Positions 10,228-20,147 of a stretch of DNA of 64,000 nucleotides are shown piece after piece. Origin of the DNA: an uncultured Myxococcales bacterium (GTDB lineage: Bacteria; Myxococcota_A; UBA9042; DTJE01); the NCBI GenBank assembly GCA_903857665.1, contig CAIOFV010000084.1, positions 16,294-80,293 of the forward strand, read 5' to 3'. The notes below the pieces were generated by a model. It saw only the letters and a list, made by a program, of their open reading frames with translations. It was not told the DNA's origin and searched no databases. The translations under genes were made by a program, and so were the position numbers. Each line of letters begins with the position of its first letter. Position 1 is the stretch's first letter.

Positions 10228-11472
10228 CTAACGGATCATGCCCAGGAGGCGACCGTTGGGAGGCAGGGGCCCGACGAGGGGGCGGGCGTACTCCAGGAAC
10301 GCCTCGGTGACGTTGTTGCCGTCCGCCGCCAGGAACGAGTCGGGCATCGAACGGGTTTCGCGAGCGACGTTCTGCAGTTCCGTGTATTCATACCGCACAC
10401 GGTACTCGCCGGGTTCGCGGATCATCACGACCGACCCGTCGCAGTCCTTCGCCGTGGCCATCGCGACCGCCTGCCGGCCGCACTCGCGGGCCTCGGACGC
10501 GTCCACCTCGGACACGACGCCCGGGAACGAGCGTTGCAGGTAGCCCAGCGTGTCCGCGCGGACCCGCAACCCCAGGCCCAGCCTGCCCTCGACACTCAGA
10601 CCGTCCTTGACCTGCGACGCCAGCCAGTCGCCCAGCGCGCCGCTTCCCGACAGTTGGATGTTCGCGTGGGTGTCCTTTTCGATCGCCCTCGCGGACTTTT
10701 CCGCCATGATTTCCGCAACCGTGCGCTTCAGCGGGTCCGTCCCGTCGATGATGCCCTCGGACACGGCCACCACGCACCGGCCCAGGCGTCGGTACACCTC
10801 CTCGACGTCGGCCAGGAAACGATCCAGGAAGAACGGGCGCTCGGGCACGTACACCAGGTGAGGGCCGTCATCGTCCCACTTGCGGGCCAGGGCGGACGCC
10901 GCGGTCAGGAAGCCCGCGTTGCGGCCCATGACGACGTCGATCTTGATCCCCGGCAGGGCCCGGTTGTCCAGGTTGTCGCCCAGGAAGGCGCTGGCCACGA
11001 ACCGGGCGGCGCTGCCGTACCCGGGGCAGTGGTCGGTGACCCGGAGGTCGTTGTCCACGGTCTTCGGCACGTGGAAGCAGCGCAGGTCGTACTTCGCCTG
11101 CTTCGCCGCCTGGTTGACGATGTGGACGGTTTCGGCCGAGTCGTTGCCGCCGATGTAGAAGTAGTAGCGGACGCCGTGCTTCCGCATCGCCTCGAACATC
11201 TTGTAGCAGTCCTCGGCCTTCGGCTTCTGGCGCACCGAACCGAGCGCCGACGAGGGGGTACGGGCGACCTCCTCCAGCACGTCCCGCGGCTCCGCGAAGA
11301 GGTCCACGAAGTCCTCCCGCAGGATGCCCTTGACGCCGTGGCGCGCGCCCAGCAGCCTGTCGATGACGCCCGACGAGCGCGCCGCCTCGATGACGCCGAC
11401 CAGGCTCTGGTTGATGACCGCCGTGGGGCCGCCCGACTGTCCGACGACCGCGTTTCCCCGGATTCCCGCCAT
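10228..11472 (-). CDS. pfkA: 6-phosphofructokinase, probably PPi-dependent
   Basis: GQSGGPTAVIN, IGGNDS, PKTVDND and VMGRNAG. GGND (Asp) together with PKT (Lys) is the established PPi-specificity signature. Confidence 0.9.
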   Translation of the reverse strand: MAGIRGNAVVGQSGGPTAVINQSLVGVIEAARSSGVIDRLLGARHGVKGILREDFVDLFAEPRDVLEEVARTPSSALGSVRQKPKAEDCYKMFEAMRKHGVRYYFYIGGNDSAETVHIVNQAAKQAKYDLRCFHVPKTVDNDLRVTDHCPGYGSAARFVASAFLGDNLDNRALPGIKIDVVMGRNAGFLTAASALARKWDDDGPHLVYVPERPFFLDRFLADVEEVYRRLGRCVVAVSEGIIDGTDPLKRTVAEIMAEKSARAIEKDTHANIQLSGSGALGDWLASQVKDGLSVEGRLGLGLRVRADTLGYLQRSFPGVVSEVDASEARECGRQAVAMATAKDCDGSVVMIREPGEYRVRYEYTELQNVARETRSMPDSFLAADGNNVTEAFLEYARPLVGPLPPNGRLLGMIR

Positions 11473-11678
11473 GTCCGTTCCCCCCATCGCTGCCGGTCCC
11501 TCGCGATGCGCCGGGGGACGCCCTGGTTTTAAGGCGGGACGATGCGTACGTCAAGACAGGACGGGACCCCGGGGAAGGCGCGCCGCAGTGGGACGCGTCG
11601 ATCGGGGGGAACCCGGACGGGGACGCAGGGCGCTGGTATGATTCGGATGGGACGTTCCCCAGGATTCGGGAGACCCCC

Positions 11679-12503
11679 GTGGCCCTTGTCGATACCCATG
11701 TGCACTTGGCCGACACGCCGCTGGCCGGCGACCTCCCGGGCGTGCTGTCGCGGGCCCGGGCCGCGGGGATCGCCGCCTTCGTGGTCCCGTCTGGGGACGA
11801 GGCGTCCTCGCGGTCGGCGCGGGACCTAGCGCGGCTGCACCCGGGCGAGGTGTTCGCTGCGGCAGGCCTGCATCCCTGGGAGGTCGGAGCCGGCGGCCTC
11901 CCCGACCTGCGCTGGCTGGAAGCGATGCTGGCGGAAGGCGGTTTCGTGGCCGTCGGTGAAACGGGCCTCGACGGCGTGGTCGCCGGCGCCGACCTTGACG
12001 CCCAGGAACGGGTCTTCCGCATCCAGGCGGGCCTGGCGCGGGAGGCGGGCCTTCCCCTGATCGTCCACGTTCGGGGCGCCTTCGACCGGACGGCGCGCGT
12101 GCTGGAATCGCTGGGCCCCGGCGGCCCCGGAGGCGTGCTGCACGCCTTCGGCGGATCGGCAGAGGTCGCGACCCGACTGCGACGGCTGGGCTTCCTGCGG
12201 GGGGTGGGAGGCGCAGCGACGCGCCCGGAGGCCGTCAACGTCCGCAAGGCGGTGGCGGCGACCCCACTGGACGCGATGGTGCTGGAAACCGACGCCCCGT
12301 ACATCGGGACCCGCCTGCGGCCGAAGGGGAGCGTCGAGCCGGCCGCTGTCGCCGAGGTGCGGGACGCGGTCGCGATCCTGCTGGGGGTAGCGCCCGACGA
12401 GGTGGGTGCCCGGACGTCGGCGACCGCCCGGGGCCTGTTCCGCCTTCCCGGGATCAGGAATCCGTCTTCCTGCGTCCCAGGGCCAGCGTCGAGCACACGA
12501 TGA
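11679..12503 (+). CDS. tatD: TatD family metal-dependent DNase
   Basis: VDTHVHL, GLHPW, AVGETGLD, LIVHVR, GVLHAF and LETDAPY. Confidence 0.92.
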   Translation: MALVDTHVHLADTPLAGDLPGVLSRARAAGIAAFVVPSGDEASSRSARDLARLHPGEVFAAAGLHPWEVGAGGLPDLRWLEAMLAEGGFVAVGETGLDGVVAGADLDAQERVFRIQAGLAREAGLPLIVHVRGAFDRTARVLESLGPGGPGGVLHAFGGSAEVATRLRRLGFLRGVGGAATRPEAVNVRKAVAATPLDAMVLETDAPYIGTRLRPKGSVEPAAVAEVRDAVAILLGVAPDEVGARTSATARGLFRLPGIRNPSSCVPGPASSTR

Positions 12504-13116
12504 AGCCCACGACCGTGACCAGCAGCGCCCATTCGGCGACGGCGATTCCCCAGACGTCCAACCGGGGCACCCCCGACGCCGGGTCCAGCATGCGCAGGTC
12601 CGGCGCGCCGGCCAACCAGGGCCAGGCCAGGAACGAGGCGAACGCCAGGCCCGCCGCCGCGGCGGGCACCAGGAGCCAGCGCGCCAGGCGCTTCCGGGGA
12701 TCGCGCAGGACGGCCGCCGAGAACAGGGCCACCGTCACCAGGCCGCCGTCGAAGAACGTGAAGGCCGCCCTCAGGTGGGGCTTCAGGTCGTTCATCGGCA
12801 ACAGTCCCACCGCGGACACGCCCAGGCCGGCGATCGCCCCGGCCAGGCCGGCGGCCCACCCCAGGCGCGTGCCCAGGTGGCGCCCCAGGAACAGCAGGTA
12901 CACCGCCATCAGGAACCCCGAAGCCACCAGGCTGCCGTTGAACAACCAGGCCAGCGACGACACGCCGACCTCGCCCAGTTCGGAAATGAAGTGGTTGAGG
13001 GGAGAGTAGGGTTCCCCGGCACGACCGGTGTACGCGATCGCCGGCAGTAGGACCCCCGCGAGGAGCAGGATCGGCCCCAGCAGGCCCCCGATCCGGACGG
13101 AGCGCGGGAACATCAC
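12454..13116 (-). CDS. DUF998-like integral membrane protein
   Basis: YSPLNHFISELG motif, a conserved His (PHLRAA) and ~6 hydrophobic segments. Overlaps the tatD 3' end by 50 bp. Confidence 0.75.
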   Translation of the reverse strand: MMFPRSVRIGGLLGPILLLAGVLLPAIAYTGRAGEPYSPLNHFISELGEVGVSSLAWLFNGSLVASGFLMAVYLLFLGRHLGTRLGWAAGLAGAIAGLGVSAVGLLPMNDLKPHLRAAFTFFDGGLVTVALFSAAVLRDPRKRLARWLLVPAAAAGLAFASFLAWPWLAGAPDLRMLDPASGVPRLDVWGIAVAEWALLVTVVGFIVCSTLALGRRKTDS

Positions 13117-13141
13117 CCACCTCCCGGGACAACGAGGCCTC

Positions 13142-15310
13142 TCATTCGGTTCGGCTCATCCGAACGAAATCCACGAAGAACGGCACCGCGGTGTTCCCGC
13201 CCGTGGCGCCGTGCATCGGCAGCCGGTCGTCGTACCCGACCAGCACCGTCACCATCCGCTGGCCGTCGGACCCGGCGAACCAGGCCTCCCGCGAACGGTT
13301 CGACGTGCCCGTCTTGCCCCAGACCGGTTCCGACAGGCCGGCGGCCGCCTTCCCCGTGCCGTTCACGATGGCCTCCCGCAGGGCGCCCCGGACCCACCTC
13401 GCGATGCCCTGGGGGAGGATCCGGTAGGGCCGCGAGTGATGGGCCAGCAGCGACTTCCCGTCGGCATCGACCACGTCGGACACGAGGTAGGGGGTGTCGT
13501 GCAGGCCGCTGGTCGCGAACACCGACATCGCGTTGGCCAGGGCCAGGGGGCTGACCGAAGCGCTGCCCAGGGCCAGGGACAGGTCGGACGGGATCCCGCC
13601 GTCCACGCCCACCGCGGCCAGCAGGTCGGCGACCACCTTGACACCCACCTGCGACAGGATCTTCACGGCGACGACGTTGATCGACTTCGCCAGGGCCTCG
13701 ACCAGCCCGTACTCGCGGCCGTCGTATCCCCCTTCGTAGTTGCGCGGCGTCCACGACCGCCCGTGGCCTCCCCGGAACGACACCGCCGTGTTGGTCACCG
13801 TGGTGTCCGCGGACAGCCCGCCGTTCAGCGCCGCGGCGTACAGGAAGGGCTTCACCGTCGACCCCATCGGCCGCCGCGACTGGATCGCTCGGTTGAAGGG
13901 CCGGGCCTCGAAGGACTCGCCACCGACCAGCGCCAGCACCGCACGGGTCTGGGGATCCAGCACGGCCATCGCGGCCTGGGGCCCGGGTTCGGCGTTGACG
14001 CGCGCCATCGGGCCGTCCGTCCCGTCGGGGGCCGTCCCGGGCGCCTTCGACACCCGCAGGTCGCCAGCTCCCTTCGCGCACGCCCCGTACGGATCGGGAT
14101 GGCCCGCCAACACCAGGCGCGCCAGCGACATGGGGTCCAGCAGCGCCCGTTCGCCTGCGGCCTCCACCTCGATGCGCCCCTGGGAGCGGTCGCATTTCAC
14201 CACCCGCGCCTCGACCGCGTGAGGCGCCTCGGGCAGCCCGTCGTCGTCGATACCGTCGGTCAGCGAGTCGTCGCGGGCGGCCGCGGCCTCGTCGGACTCC
14301 CGCGTCCGCCCGTTCGCCCACAGGCGCGACAGGCCCAGCGCCACGGCGGCCTCGGCCGCATCCGACGACGGCAGGTCCAGCGTGGTCCCCACCGTCAGGC
14401 CGTCGTGCAGCAACCGGCCCACGCCGAACAGCCGGGTCACCTCGCGCCGCACCGCGTCCACGAAATACGGTGCCGCCCCCAGCCGCCCGTCCTCGCGGGC
14501 CCACAGGCGCGCCGGCGCCGCCGCCGCCTTGTCGGCGTCGTCCGGCTTCGCGTATCCCAGTTCCACCATGCGCCGCAGCACGTAGCGACGGCGGCCGATG
14601 GCTCCCTCGGGGTTCTTCAGGGGCGAGTTCGCTTCGGGGGAGGACACCAGGCCGGCCAGCAGCGCCGCCTCCCCGAGATCCAGGTCCACGGCCCGCTTGC
14701 CGAACCAGAACCGGGCGGCCTCCTCGAACCCGTACCGGCCCGCTCCCAGGTACACCTCGCTGAGGTACATCGCCAGGATCTCGTCCTTGGAACGCGCCGC
14801 TTCCAGGCGCCGCGCCAGCAGCAGTTCCTTGAACTTCCGCTGCCAGGTCCGCTCGGGCCCAAGCAGGACCTGCTTGACCACCTGCTGCGTCAGCGTCGAG
14901 CCTCCCTGGGCGACGCGTCCCTTCCAAAGGTTCACCAGCATGGCCCGGGCGATGCCCCCGTAGGAAAGGCCCTCGTGCGTCCTGAAATCCGCGTCCTCGG
15001 CCGCCAGGATCGCGTGCTCGACCAGCGGCGGGATCCGGTCGGGCGGCATCAGCGTGCGGCGCTCGGTGAAGAACTCGGCGACCACGGTGCCGTCGGCCGC
15101 CAGCACCCGGCTGACCTTCGGAACCCCGCGGGCGTATTCCTCGAACGTGGGAACGTCGGGCAGGCGGGACTCGACCATCGCGAAGACGACCGTCACGGCC
15201 ACGAGGCCCAGCGTCGCACCCGCGGCGACGACGCCCAGCACGATCGCGAGCGTCCGCCACGAACCGCCGCCCTTCGATCGCCGCCGCCTGGGAACCTTCC
15301 GCGCCGCCAT
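13142..15310 (-). CDS. Class A penicillin-binding protein (PBP1A family, transglycosylase-transpeptidase)
   Basis: Basic N-tail plus a TM helix. Transglycosylase motifs EDADF, GGSTLTQQ and RKFKE; transpeptidase motifs STVK, SIN and KTG. The real start is ATG 15310 (GGAGG RBS), not 16345. Confidence 0.92.
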   Translation of the reverse strand: MAARKVPRRRRSKGGGSWRTLAIVLGVVAAGATLGLVAVTVVFAMVESRLPDVPTFEEYARGVPKVSRVLAADGTVVAEFFTERRTLMPPDRIPPLVEHAILAAEDADFRTHEGLSYGGIARAMLVNLWKGRVAQGGSTLTQQVVKQVLLGPERTWQRKFKELLLARRLEAARSKDEILAMYLSEVYLGAGRYGFEEAARFWFGKRAVDLDLGEAALLAGLVSSPEANSPLKNPEGAIGRRRYVLRRMVELGYAKPDDADKAAAAPARLWAREDGRLGAAPYFVDAVRREVTRLFGVGRLLHDGLTVGTTLDLPSSDAAEAAVALGLSRLWANGRTRESDEAAAARDDSLTDGIDDDGLPEAPHAVEARVVKCDRSQGRIEVEAAGERALLDPMSLARLVLAGHPDPYGACAKGAGDLRVSKAPGTAPDGTDGPMARVNAEPGPQAAMAVLDPQTRAVLALVGGESFEARPFNRAIQSRRPMGSTVKPFLYAAALNGGLSADTTVTNTAVSFRGGHGRSWTPRNYEGGYDGREYGLVEALAKSINVVAVKILSQVGVKVVADLLAAVGVDGGIPSDLSLALGSASVSPLALANAMSVFATSGLHDTPYLVSDVVDADGKSLLAHHSRPYRILPQGIARWVRGALREAIVNGTGKAAAGLSEPVWGKTGTSNRSREAWFAGSDGQRMVTVLVGYDDRLPMHGATGGNTAVPFFVDFVRMSRTE

Positions 15311-15410
15311 CCGGACCTCCCGGCGGACGACGATACCACCGACGTCACTGGCGCGCCCACGCGACGTCCGCCTGGCCCGGGGGTCGCCTCGAACCCCCGC
15401 AGACGCACAA

Positions 15411-15528
15411 GTCGCCTCGGGCCGATTCATGCCCCCGCCCGAGCACGCAGGCGGAGGCAGGGGGATTGCGCAAGCAATTTCCCGTGCCGCAGACGGAGTC
15501 GCCTCGGGCCGATTCATGCCCCCGCCCG
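15411..15528. repeat. Two identical 31-bp direct repeats GTCGCCTCGGGCCGATTCATGCCCCCGCCCG
   Basis: Copies at 15411-15441 and 15498-15528, each preceded by CCGCAGACG. A partial GTCGCCTCG copy lies at ~15383. Confidence 0.85.
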
Positions 15529-15536
15529 GCCCGCGA

Positions 15537-15565
15537 TTGACCCTCCGGCGGGTTCCGGCTAGCAT
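15537..15565 (+). promoter_or_regulatory. Sigma70-type promoter for folD
   Basis: TTGACC-N17-TAGCAT, ~27 bp upstream of the folD start. Confidence 0.55.
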
Positions 15566-15592
15566 TCGCCCTCTTCCAACGGAGGTCCCCCA

Positions 15593-16459
15593 ATGCCCGC
15601 ACAGATCATTGACGGGAAGGCGATCGCCGCCCAGGTGCGCAACGAGGTCCGCGAGGCCGTGAACCGCCTCAAGGCCCAGGGAGTGACGCCGGGCCTCCAC
15701 GTGGTGCTCGTCGGTGACGATCCGGCGTCTGCCGTGTACGTCCGCAACAAGGGCAAGGCCTCCGAGGAGGTCGGCATCGCCGGCGTGACCCACCACCTGC
15801 CGGCCGAAACCTCCGAGGTCGATCTGCTGGCCCTCCTTCGCGACCTGAACTCGTCGCCGGACGTGGACGGCGTGCTGGTCCAACTGCCGTTGCCTGGTCA
15901 CATCAACGCCAACCGGATCACGGATGCCCAGGATCCGGCCCGCGACGTGGACGGGTTCCACCCGGTGAATCTGGGCCTGCTGATTTCGGGCCGCGACGGC
16001 CTGGTCGCGTGCACGCCCGCGGGGTGCATGCGCCTGATCGACGAAACTGGGACGGACCTCGCCGGCAAGCGCGCAGTGGTTGTCGGCCGCAGCCTGATCG
16101 TGGGCAAGCCGATGGCCCTGCTGCTGATGCAGCGCAACGCCACCGTCACGGTCTGCCATTCGCGGACGCAGGACCTCAAGACGCGCGTGTCCGAGGCGGA
16201 CGTCGTGGTCGCCGCCATCGGCAGGACCCGCATGATCAAGGGCGACTGGATCAAGCCCGGCGCCCTGGTCATCGACGTGGGCATGAACCGCGACGAGGAC
16301 GGCAAACTGTGCGGCGACGTCGACTACGCTGCGGCTGCCGAACACGCCGCCTTCATCACGCCGGTCCCCGGCGGCGTGGGCCCCATGACCATCGCCTTCC
16401 TGCTGCGGAACACGGTGCTGGCGTGCGCGGCGCGCCGCGGCCTGCCCAACCCGTTCTGA
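15593..16459 (+). CDS. folD: Bifunctional methylene-THF dehydrogenase/methenyl-THF cyclohydrolase
   Basis: [40 protein letters not shown] and [11 protein letters not shown]. Confidence 0.97.
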   Translation: MPAQIIDGKAIAAQVRNEVREAVNRLKAQGVTPGLHVVLVGDDPASAVYVRNKGKASEEVGIAGVTHHLPAETSEVDLLALLRDLNSSPDVDGVLVQLPLPGHINANRITDAQDPARDVDGFHPVNLGLLISGRDGLVACTPAGCMRLIDETGTDLAGKRAVVVGRSLIVGKPMALLLMQRNATVTVCHSRTQDLKTRVSEADVVVAAIGRTRMIKGDWIKPGALVIDVGMNRDEDGKLCGDVDYAAAAEHAAFITPVPGGVGPMTIAFLLRNTVLACAARRGLPNPF

Positions 16460-16605
16460 ATTCCGGATCGTCCCGAGGCGGCTTCGCCCCCGCGCCTGCC
16501 CGCAGACAGTGATGCCTTCGCACCTGCGCGCCCGTTTCTTTTGGCTTGACTCGCGCGGGACGGTGCTGTATTCGGTGCCCCGGACCGCTCTGGGAGGCCC
16601 CGATC

Positions 16606-17706
16606 GTGACAGCGCACGGCGATGCCAGGAAGACGTTCCTCTACGACGAACACGTGAAGGCCGGCGGCAAGATGGTGCCCTTCGCCGGGTACTGGATGCC
16701 CGTGCAGTTCGAGGGGATCGCCGCCGAGCACCACCGGGTCCGTACGAAGGTCGGCCTGTTCGACGTCAGCCACATGGGCGAAGTCCTCTTCCGCGGCCCT
16801 CGCGCGCTTTCCGTGGTCCAGCGCATCACGACCAACAACGTCGGCACGGTGTCGCCCGGCAAGGCGGTCTACACCCCCGTATGCCTCCCGACCGGCGGCA
16901 TCGTCGATGACATGATCTTCTACAAGGTGTCGGACACCGAGTGGTTCGTCTGCGTCAACGCGTCGAACAAGGACAAGGACTACCAGTGGTTCGTCCGCCA
17001 GGCGGAAGGCGAGTGCGAGGTGCTGGACCTGTCCGAACAGTATTCGCAGGTCGCGGTGCAGGGCCCGAACGCCCCGGCGCTGCTGGCCCGCGTCTTCGGC
17101 GACGACGTCCTGGCCATGAAGCCGTTCACCTTCGTCAAGAAGGATTTCCAGGGCGCCGAGGTCATCCTCGCCACCACCGGCTACACCGGCGAGAAGGGCG
17201 GCGAGGTCTACGTCCCGAACGCCGCGGTCGTCGCGCTCTGGCAGGAACTGATGCAGAAGGGCGAAGACCTCGGCGTCGCCCCGATCGGCCTGGGCGCCCG
17301 CGACTCGCTGCGGCTGGAAATGAAGTACTGCCTGTACGGCAACGACATCGACGAAACCACCACGCCGGTGGAAGCGGGCCTGTCCTGGACCGTCAAGTTC
17401 GACAAGGGCGACTTCGTCGGCCGCGACGTGCTGGTCCGCCAGCGCGACGAGGGCGCCTCGCGGTCGCTGGTCGCCTTCGTGGTCGAGGGCAAGGGCATCC
17501 CGCGCCACGGCTACCCGGTCCTGGTGGGCGACCTCGAGGTCGGCCACGTCACGTCCGGCACCCTGTCGCCGACCCTGGGGATCGCGGTCGGGATGGCGTA
17601 CGTCGCCAGGCCCCACGATGAAATCGGTTCGAGGATCACCATCGATATCAAGGGAATGAGGAAGGTCGAGGCGCGGGTGGTACAGTCCCCGCTGGTGAAG
17701 CGCTAG
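16606..17706 (+). CDS. gcvT: Glycine cleavage system aminomethyltransferase T
   Basis: FAGYWMPVQF, FDVSHMGE, TGYTGEKGGE and GLGARDSLRLE. GTG start after GGAGG. Confidence 0.96.
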   Translation: MTAHGDARKTFLYDEHVKAGGKMVPFAGYWMPVQFEGIAAEHHRVRTKVGLFDVSHMGEVLFRGPRALSVVQRITTNNVGTVSPGKAVYTPVCLPTGGIVDDMIFYKVSDTEWFVCVNASNKDKDYQWFVRQAEGECEVLDLSEQYSQVAVQGPNAPALLARVFGDDVLAMKPFTFVKKDFQGAEVILATTGYTGEKGGEVYVPNAAVVALWQELMQKGEDLGVAPIGLGARDSLRLEMKYCLYGNDIDETTTPVEAGLSWTVKFDKGDFVGRDVLVRQRDEGASRSLVAFVVEGKGIPRHGYPVLVGDLEVGHVTSGTLSPTLGIAVGMAYVARPHDEIGSRITIDIKGMRKVEARVVQSPLVKR

Positions 17707-17723
17707 GGCGAAGGGAGGGCACG

Positions 17724-18125
17724 ATGTCGGTCCCCAAGGACTACCGGTACACGGACAGCCACGAGTGGGTGCGGATCGAGGAGGACAACGTCGTCACGAT
17801 CGGCATCACCGACTACGCGCAGGAAAAACTGGGCGACATCGTCAGCATCGACCTTCCCCGCGTGGGCGATGAGGTCGAGCGCGGCGAGCCCATCGGCATG
17901 ATCGATTCGCAGAAGGCGTCGACCGAGGTCTTCGCGCCCGTCAGCGGCGTGGTCCTCGAAGTCAACGAACTGCTGAACGACGACCCGGCCGTGATCAACA
18001 CGGATCCCTACGAAGAGGGCTGGCTGGTCCGCATCGAGGTCGAGGACCTGGAGCAGATCGACGAACTGCAGAGTGCGGACGACTACGAGGAACTGCTGGG
18101 CAAGCTGGACGACGAAGAGGGCTGA
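17724..18125 (+). CDS. gcvH: Glycine cleavage system H protein
   Basis: YTDSHEW, GITDYAQEKLGDIV, lipoyl-Lys motif DSQKA and NTDPYEEGW. Confidence 0.95.
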   Translation: MSVPKDYRYTDSHEWVRIEEDNVVTIGITDYAQEKLGDIVSIDLPRVGDEVERGEPIGMIDSQKASTEVFAPVSGVVLEVNELLNDDPAVINTDPYEEGWLVRIEVEDLEQIDELQSADDYEELLGKLDDEEG

Positions 18126-18184
18126 CGCTCCCGTTCGCTCCGAACGCCCGGGTCAGCCCGGCCCTCGGCAAGGAGTTCCACGTC

Positions 18185-19510
18185 ATGGACTTCACCCCGC
18201 ATACGGACGCCGAAGTCGCCGAGATGCTGAAGGTCATCGGCGTCTCGACGATCGATGAACTGTTCCAGGCGATTCCCGCCGTCTTCAAGATCACGAAACC
18301 GCTCGACCTCCCGCCCGCGATGTCCGAGGCCGAGGTCCTGACGTACGTTCGTGACCTGGCCGCCCGGAACTCGGGCGCCGACGCCCTGTCCTTCCTGGGC
18401 GCCGGGGCCTACGACCACTACGTGCCCGCCGCCGTGCACCACCTGACGTCGCGGGGCGAGTTCCTGACCACCTACACCCCGTACCAGCCGGAAGTGTCGC
18501 AGGGGACGCTGCAGGCCCAGTTCGAGTACCAGACGATGGTCGCGTCGCTGCTGGGCATGGACGTGGCCAACGCGTCGATGTACGAGGGTTCCACCGGGTG
18601 CGCCGAAGCCGCCCTGATGGCGGTACGGCACACGCGGCGCCCGAAGGTGGCGGTGTCCCGCGCCGTCCATCCCCAGTATCGCGACGTGCTGAGGAACTAC
18701 CTCGGTGACGACGCCGTCGTCGAGGTGCCCTTCGACGCGACCGGGGCCACGGACCTGGCGGCGCTCCAGTCCGTCCTGGGACCCGACGTGGGCGGCGTGG
18801 TGCTCCAGTCGCCGAACTTCCTGGGCGTGGTCGAGGATCTGAGGGCGGCCGCCGACGTCGCCCACGGGGCCGGCGCCCTGATGGTCGCCACGTTCACCGA
18901 GGCGCTGGCGTTCGGCCTGCTGGAGGCCCCCGGGAACCTGGGCGCCGACCTGGCGACCGGCGAGGGGCAGTCCCTGGGCCTGCCGCTGTCGTGGGGCGGG
19001 CCTTACATCGGCCTGTTCGCGGTGAAGCAGCCGTTCGTCAAGTCCATGCCCGGCCGCCTGATCGGCCAGACGAAGGACGTCCACGGGACTCCCTGCTACA
19101 CCCTGACGCTGGCCGCCCGCGAGCAGCACATCCGGCGCGAGCGCGCATCCTCGAACATCTGCACCAACGAGGGTCTCTGCGCCCTCGCAGTGGCGATCCA
19201 CCTTTCGCTGCTGGGCCGAAACGGCCTGATGCGCCTGGCCGCGTGGAACCACCACCGGGCCGAAGTGCTGAAGGCGCGCCTGGCGGCGATGCCCGGCATC
19301 ACCCTTCCCTTCGCGGGACCGACATTCAACGAATTCGTCATCCGGCTGCCCGGCCCGGCGGCGGACGTCGTCGCGCGGCTGGGCGCCGGGGGGATCGTGC
19401 CGGGCGTCGATCTCGGCCGCTACCTGCCCGAGCTGTCGGATTGCCTGCTGGTCGCGGTGACCGAACTGCGTACGGACGCGGATTTCGATCGCTTGCTTGC
19501 CTCTCTGTGA
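18185..19510 (+). CDS. gcvPA: Glycine dehydrogenase (decarboxylating) subunit 1
   Basis: FLGAGAYDHYVP, YTPYQPEVSQGTLQ, NASMYEG and REQHIRRERASSNICTN. Confidence 0.96.
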   Translation: MDFTPHTDAEVAEMLKVIGVSTIDELFQAIPAVFKITKPLDLPPAMSEAEVLTYVRDLAARNSGADALSFLGAGAYDHYVPAAVHHLTSRGEFLTTYTPYQPEVSQGTLQAQFEYQTMVASLLGMDVANASMYEGSTGCAEAALMAVRHTRRPKVAVSRAVHPQYRDVLRNYLGDDAVVEVPFDATGATDLAALQSVLGPDVGGVVLQSPNFLGVVEDLRAAADVAHGAGALMVATFTEALAFGLLEAPGNLGADLATGEGQSLGLPLSWGGPYIGLFAVKQPFVKSMPGRLIGQTKDVHGTPCYTLTLAAREQHIRRERASSNICTNEGLCALAVAIHLSLLGRNGLMRLAAWNHHRAEVLKARLAAMPGITLPFAGPTFNEFVIRLPGPAADVVARLGAGGIVPGVDLGRYLPELSDCLLVAVTELRTDADFDRLLASL

Positions 19511-19517
19511 CCGATGC

Positions 19518-19545
19518 TTGACCTGCCTTCGCCCTCGGCTACAAT
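19518..19545 (+). promoter_or_regulatory. Sigma70-type promoter for the downstream lipoprotein gene
   Basis: TTGACC-N16-TACAAT immediately after the gcvPA stop. Confidence 0.55.
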
Positions 19546-19576
19546 GCGAGGGGAACGAATTCCGCGGAGGTGGCCG

Positions 19577-20134
19577 GTGTCTGCAAGCCGTTTCACGGCC
19601 CTGGTGGGGGGGGCTGCACTTGCCCTGCTGCTCGTCGCCTGTCAATCCAGGAACGTCTTCGAGCAGTGCGCCATGACCTCGAAGATGCAGGCCGACTGCA
19701 AGACGGCCATCGCCGCCGGCAGCGACCAGTGCAGCGAAGCCGAGGTCTTCTGCTACGACTCGTGCGTGGTGAAGGACCATCCGCAGTGCATCGAGGGCCC
19801 CTGTGTCCTGTACGAAAACCGGGACATCAACGCCTCGCAGCCGGCCAACTCGGCCTCGGCCTCGTTCTGCACCGTTCCCTGCCATGGCGAGGCCTGCCCG
19901 ACGGACGCGACGTGCCTCAAGATCCTCAGCCTCAAGCTCGCCTGCACCCAGGACTCGGACTGCACGGTCAACTCGCCGTGGTCCCGTTGCGAAACGCCCC
20001 GCTTCTGCGAAACCAGCAAGAAGGAATGCGAAGTGGCTGCGGATTGCGCGGGTCAGGCCTGCGTGGCCGACGACACGGCGGCGAAGTCCTGCTCGTTCAA
20101 GTTCTGCATTCCGAACATCTACACGCCCGGCTGA
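19577..20134 (+). CDS. Small Cys-rich lipoprotein, possibly CglC-like
   Basis: GTG start after GGAGG, lipobox LVAC and many Cys. The HPQCIEGPCV...SFCTVPC pattern loosely recalls the myxobacterial gliding lipoprotein CglC (unverified). Confidence 0.65.
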   Translation: MSASRFTALVGGAALALLLVACQSRNVFEQCAMTSKMQADCKTAIAAGSDQCSEAEVFCYDSCVVKDHPQCIEGPCVLYENRDINASQPANSASASFCTVPCHGEACPTDATCLKILSLKLACTQDSDCTVNSPWSRCETPRFCETSKKECEVAADCAGQACVADDTAAKSCSFKFCIPNIYTPG

Positions 20135-20147
20135 CCCACTCCGCCCT

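Noticed and set aside
15411..15528. Mini CRISPR array
   Set aside because: Only two copies, a 56-bp spacer and no cas genes.
16460..16605. Glycine riboswitch upstream of gcvT
   Set aside because: The gap is short and holds a hairpin and a TTGACT box, but no recognisable glycine aptamer core.
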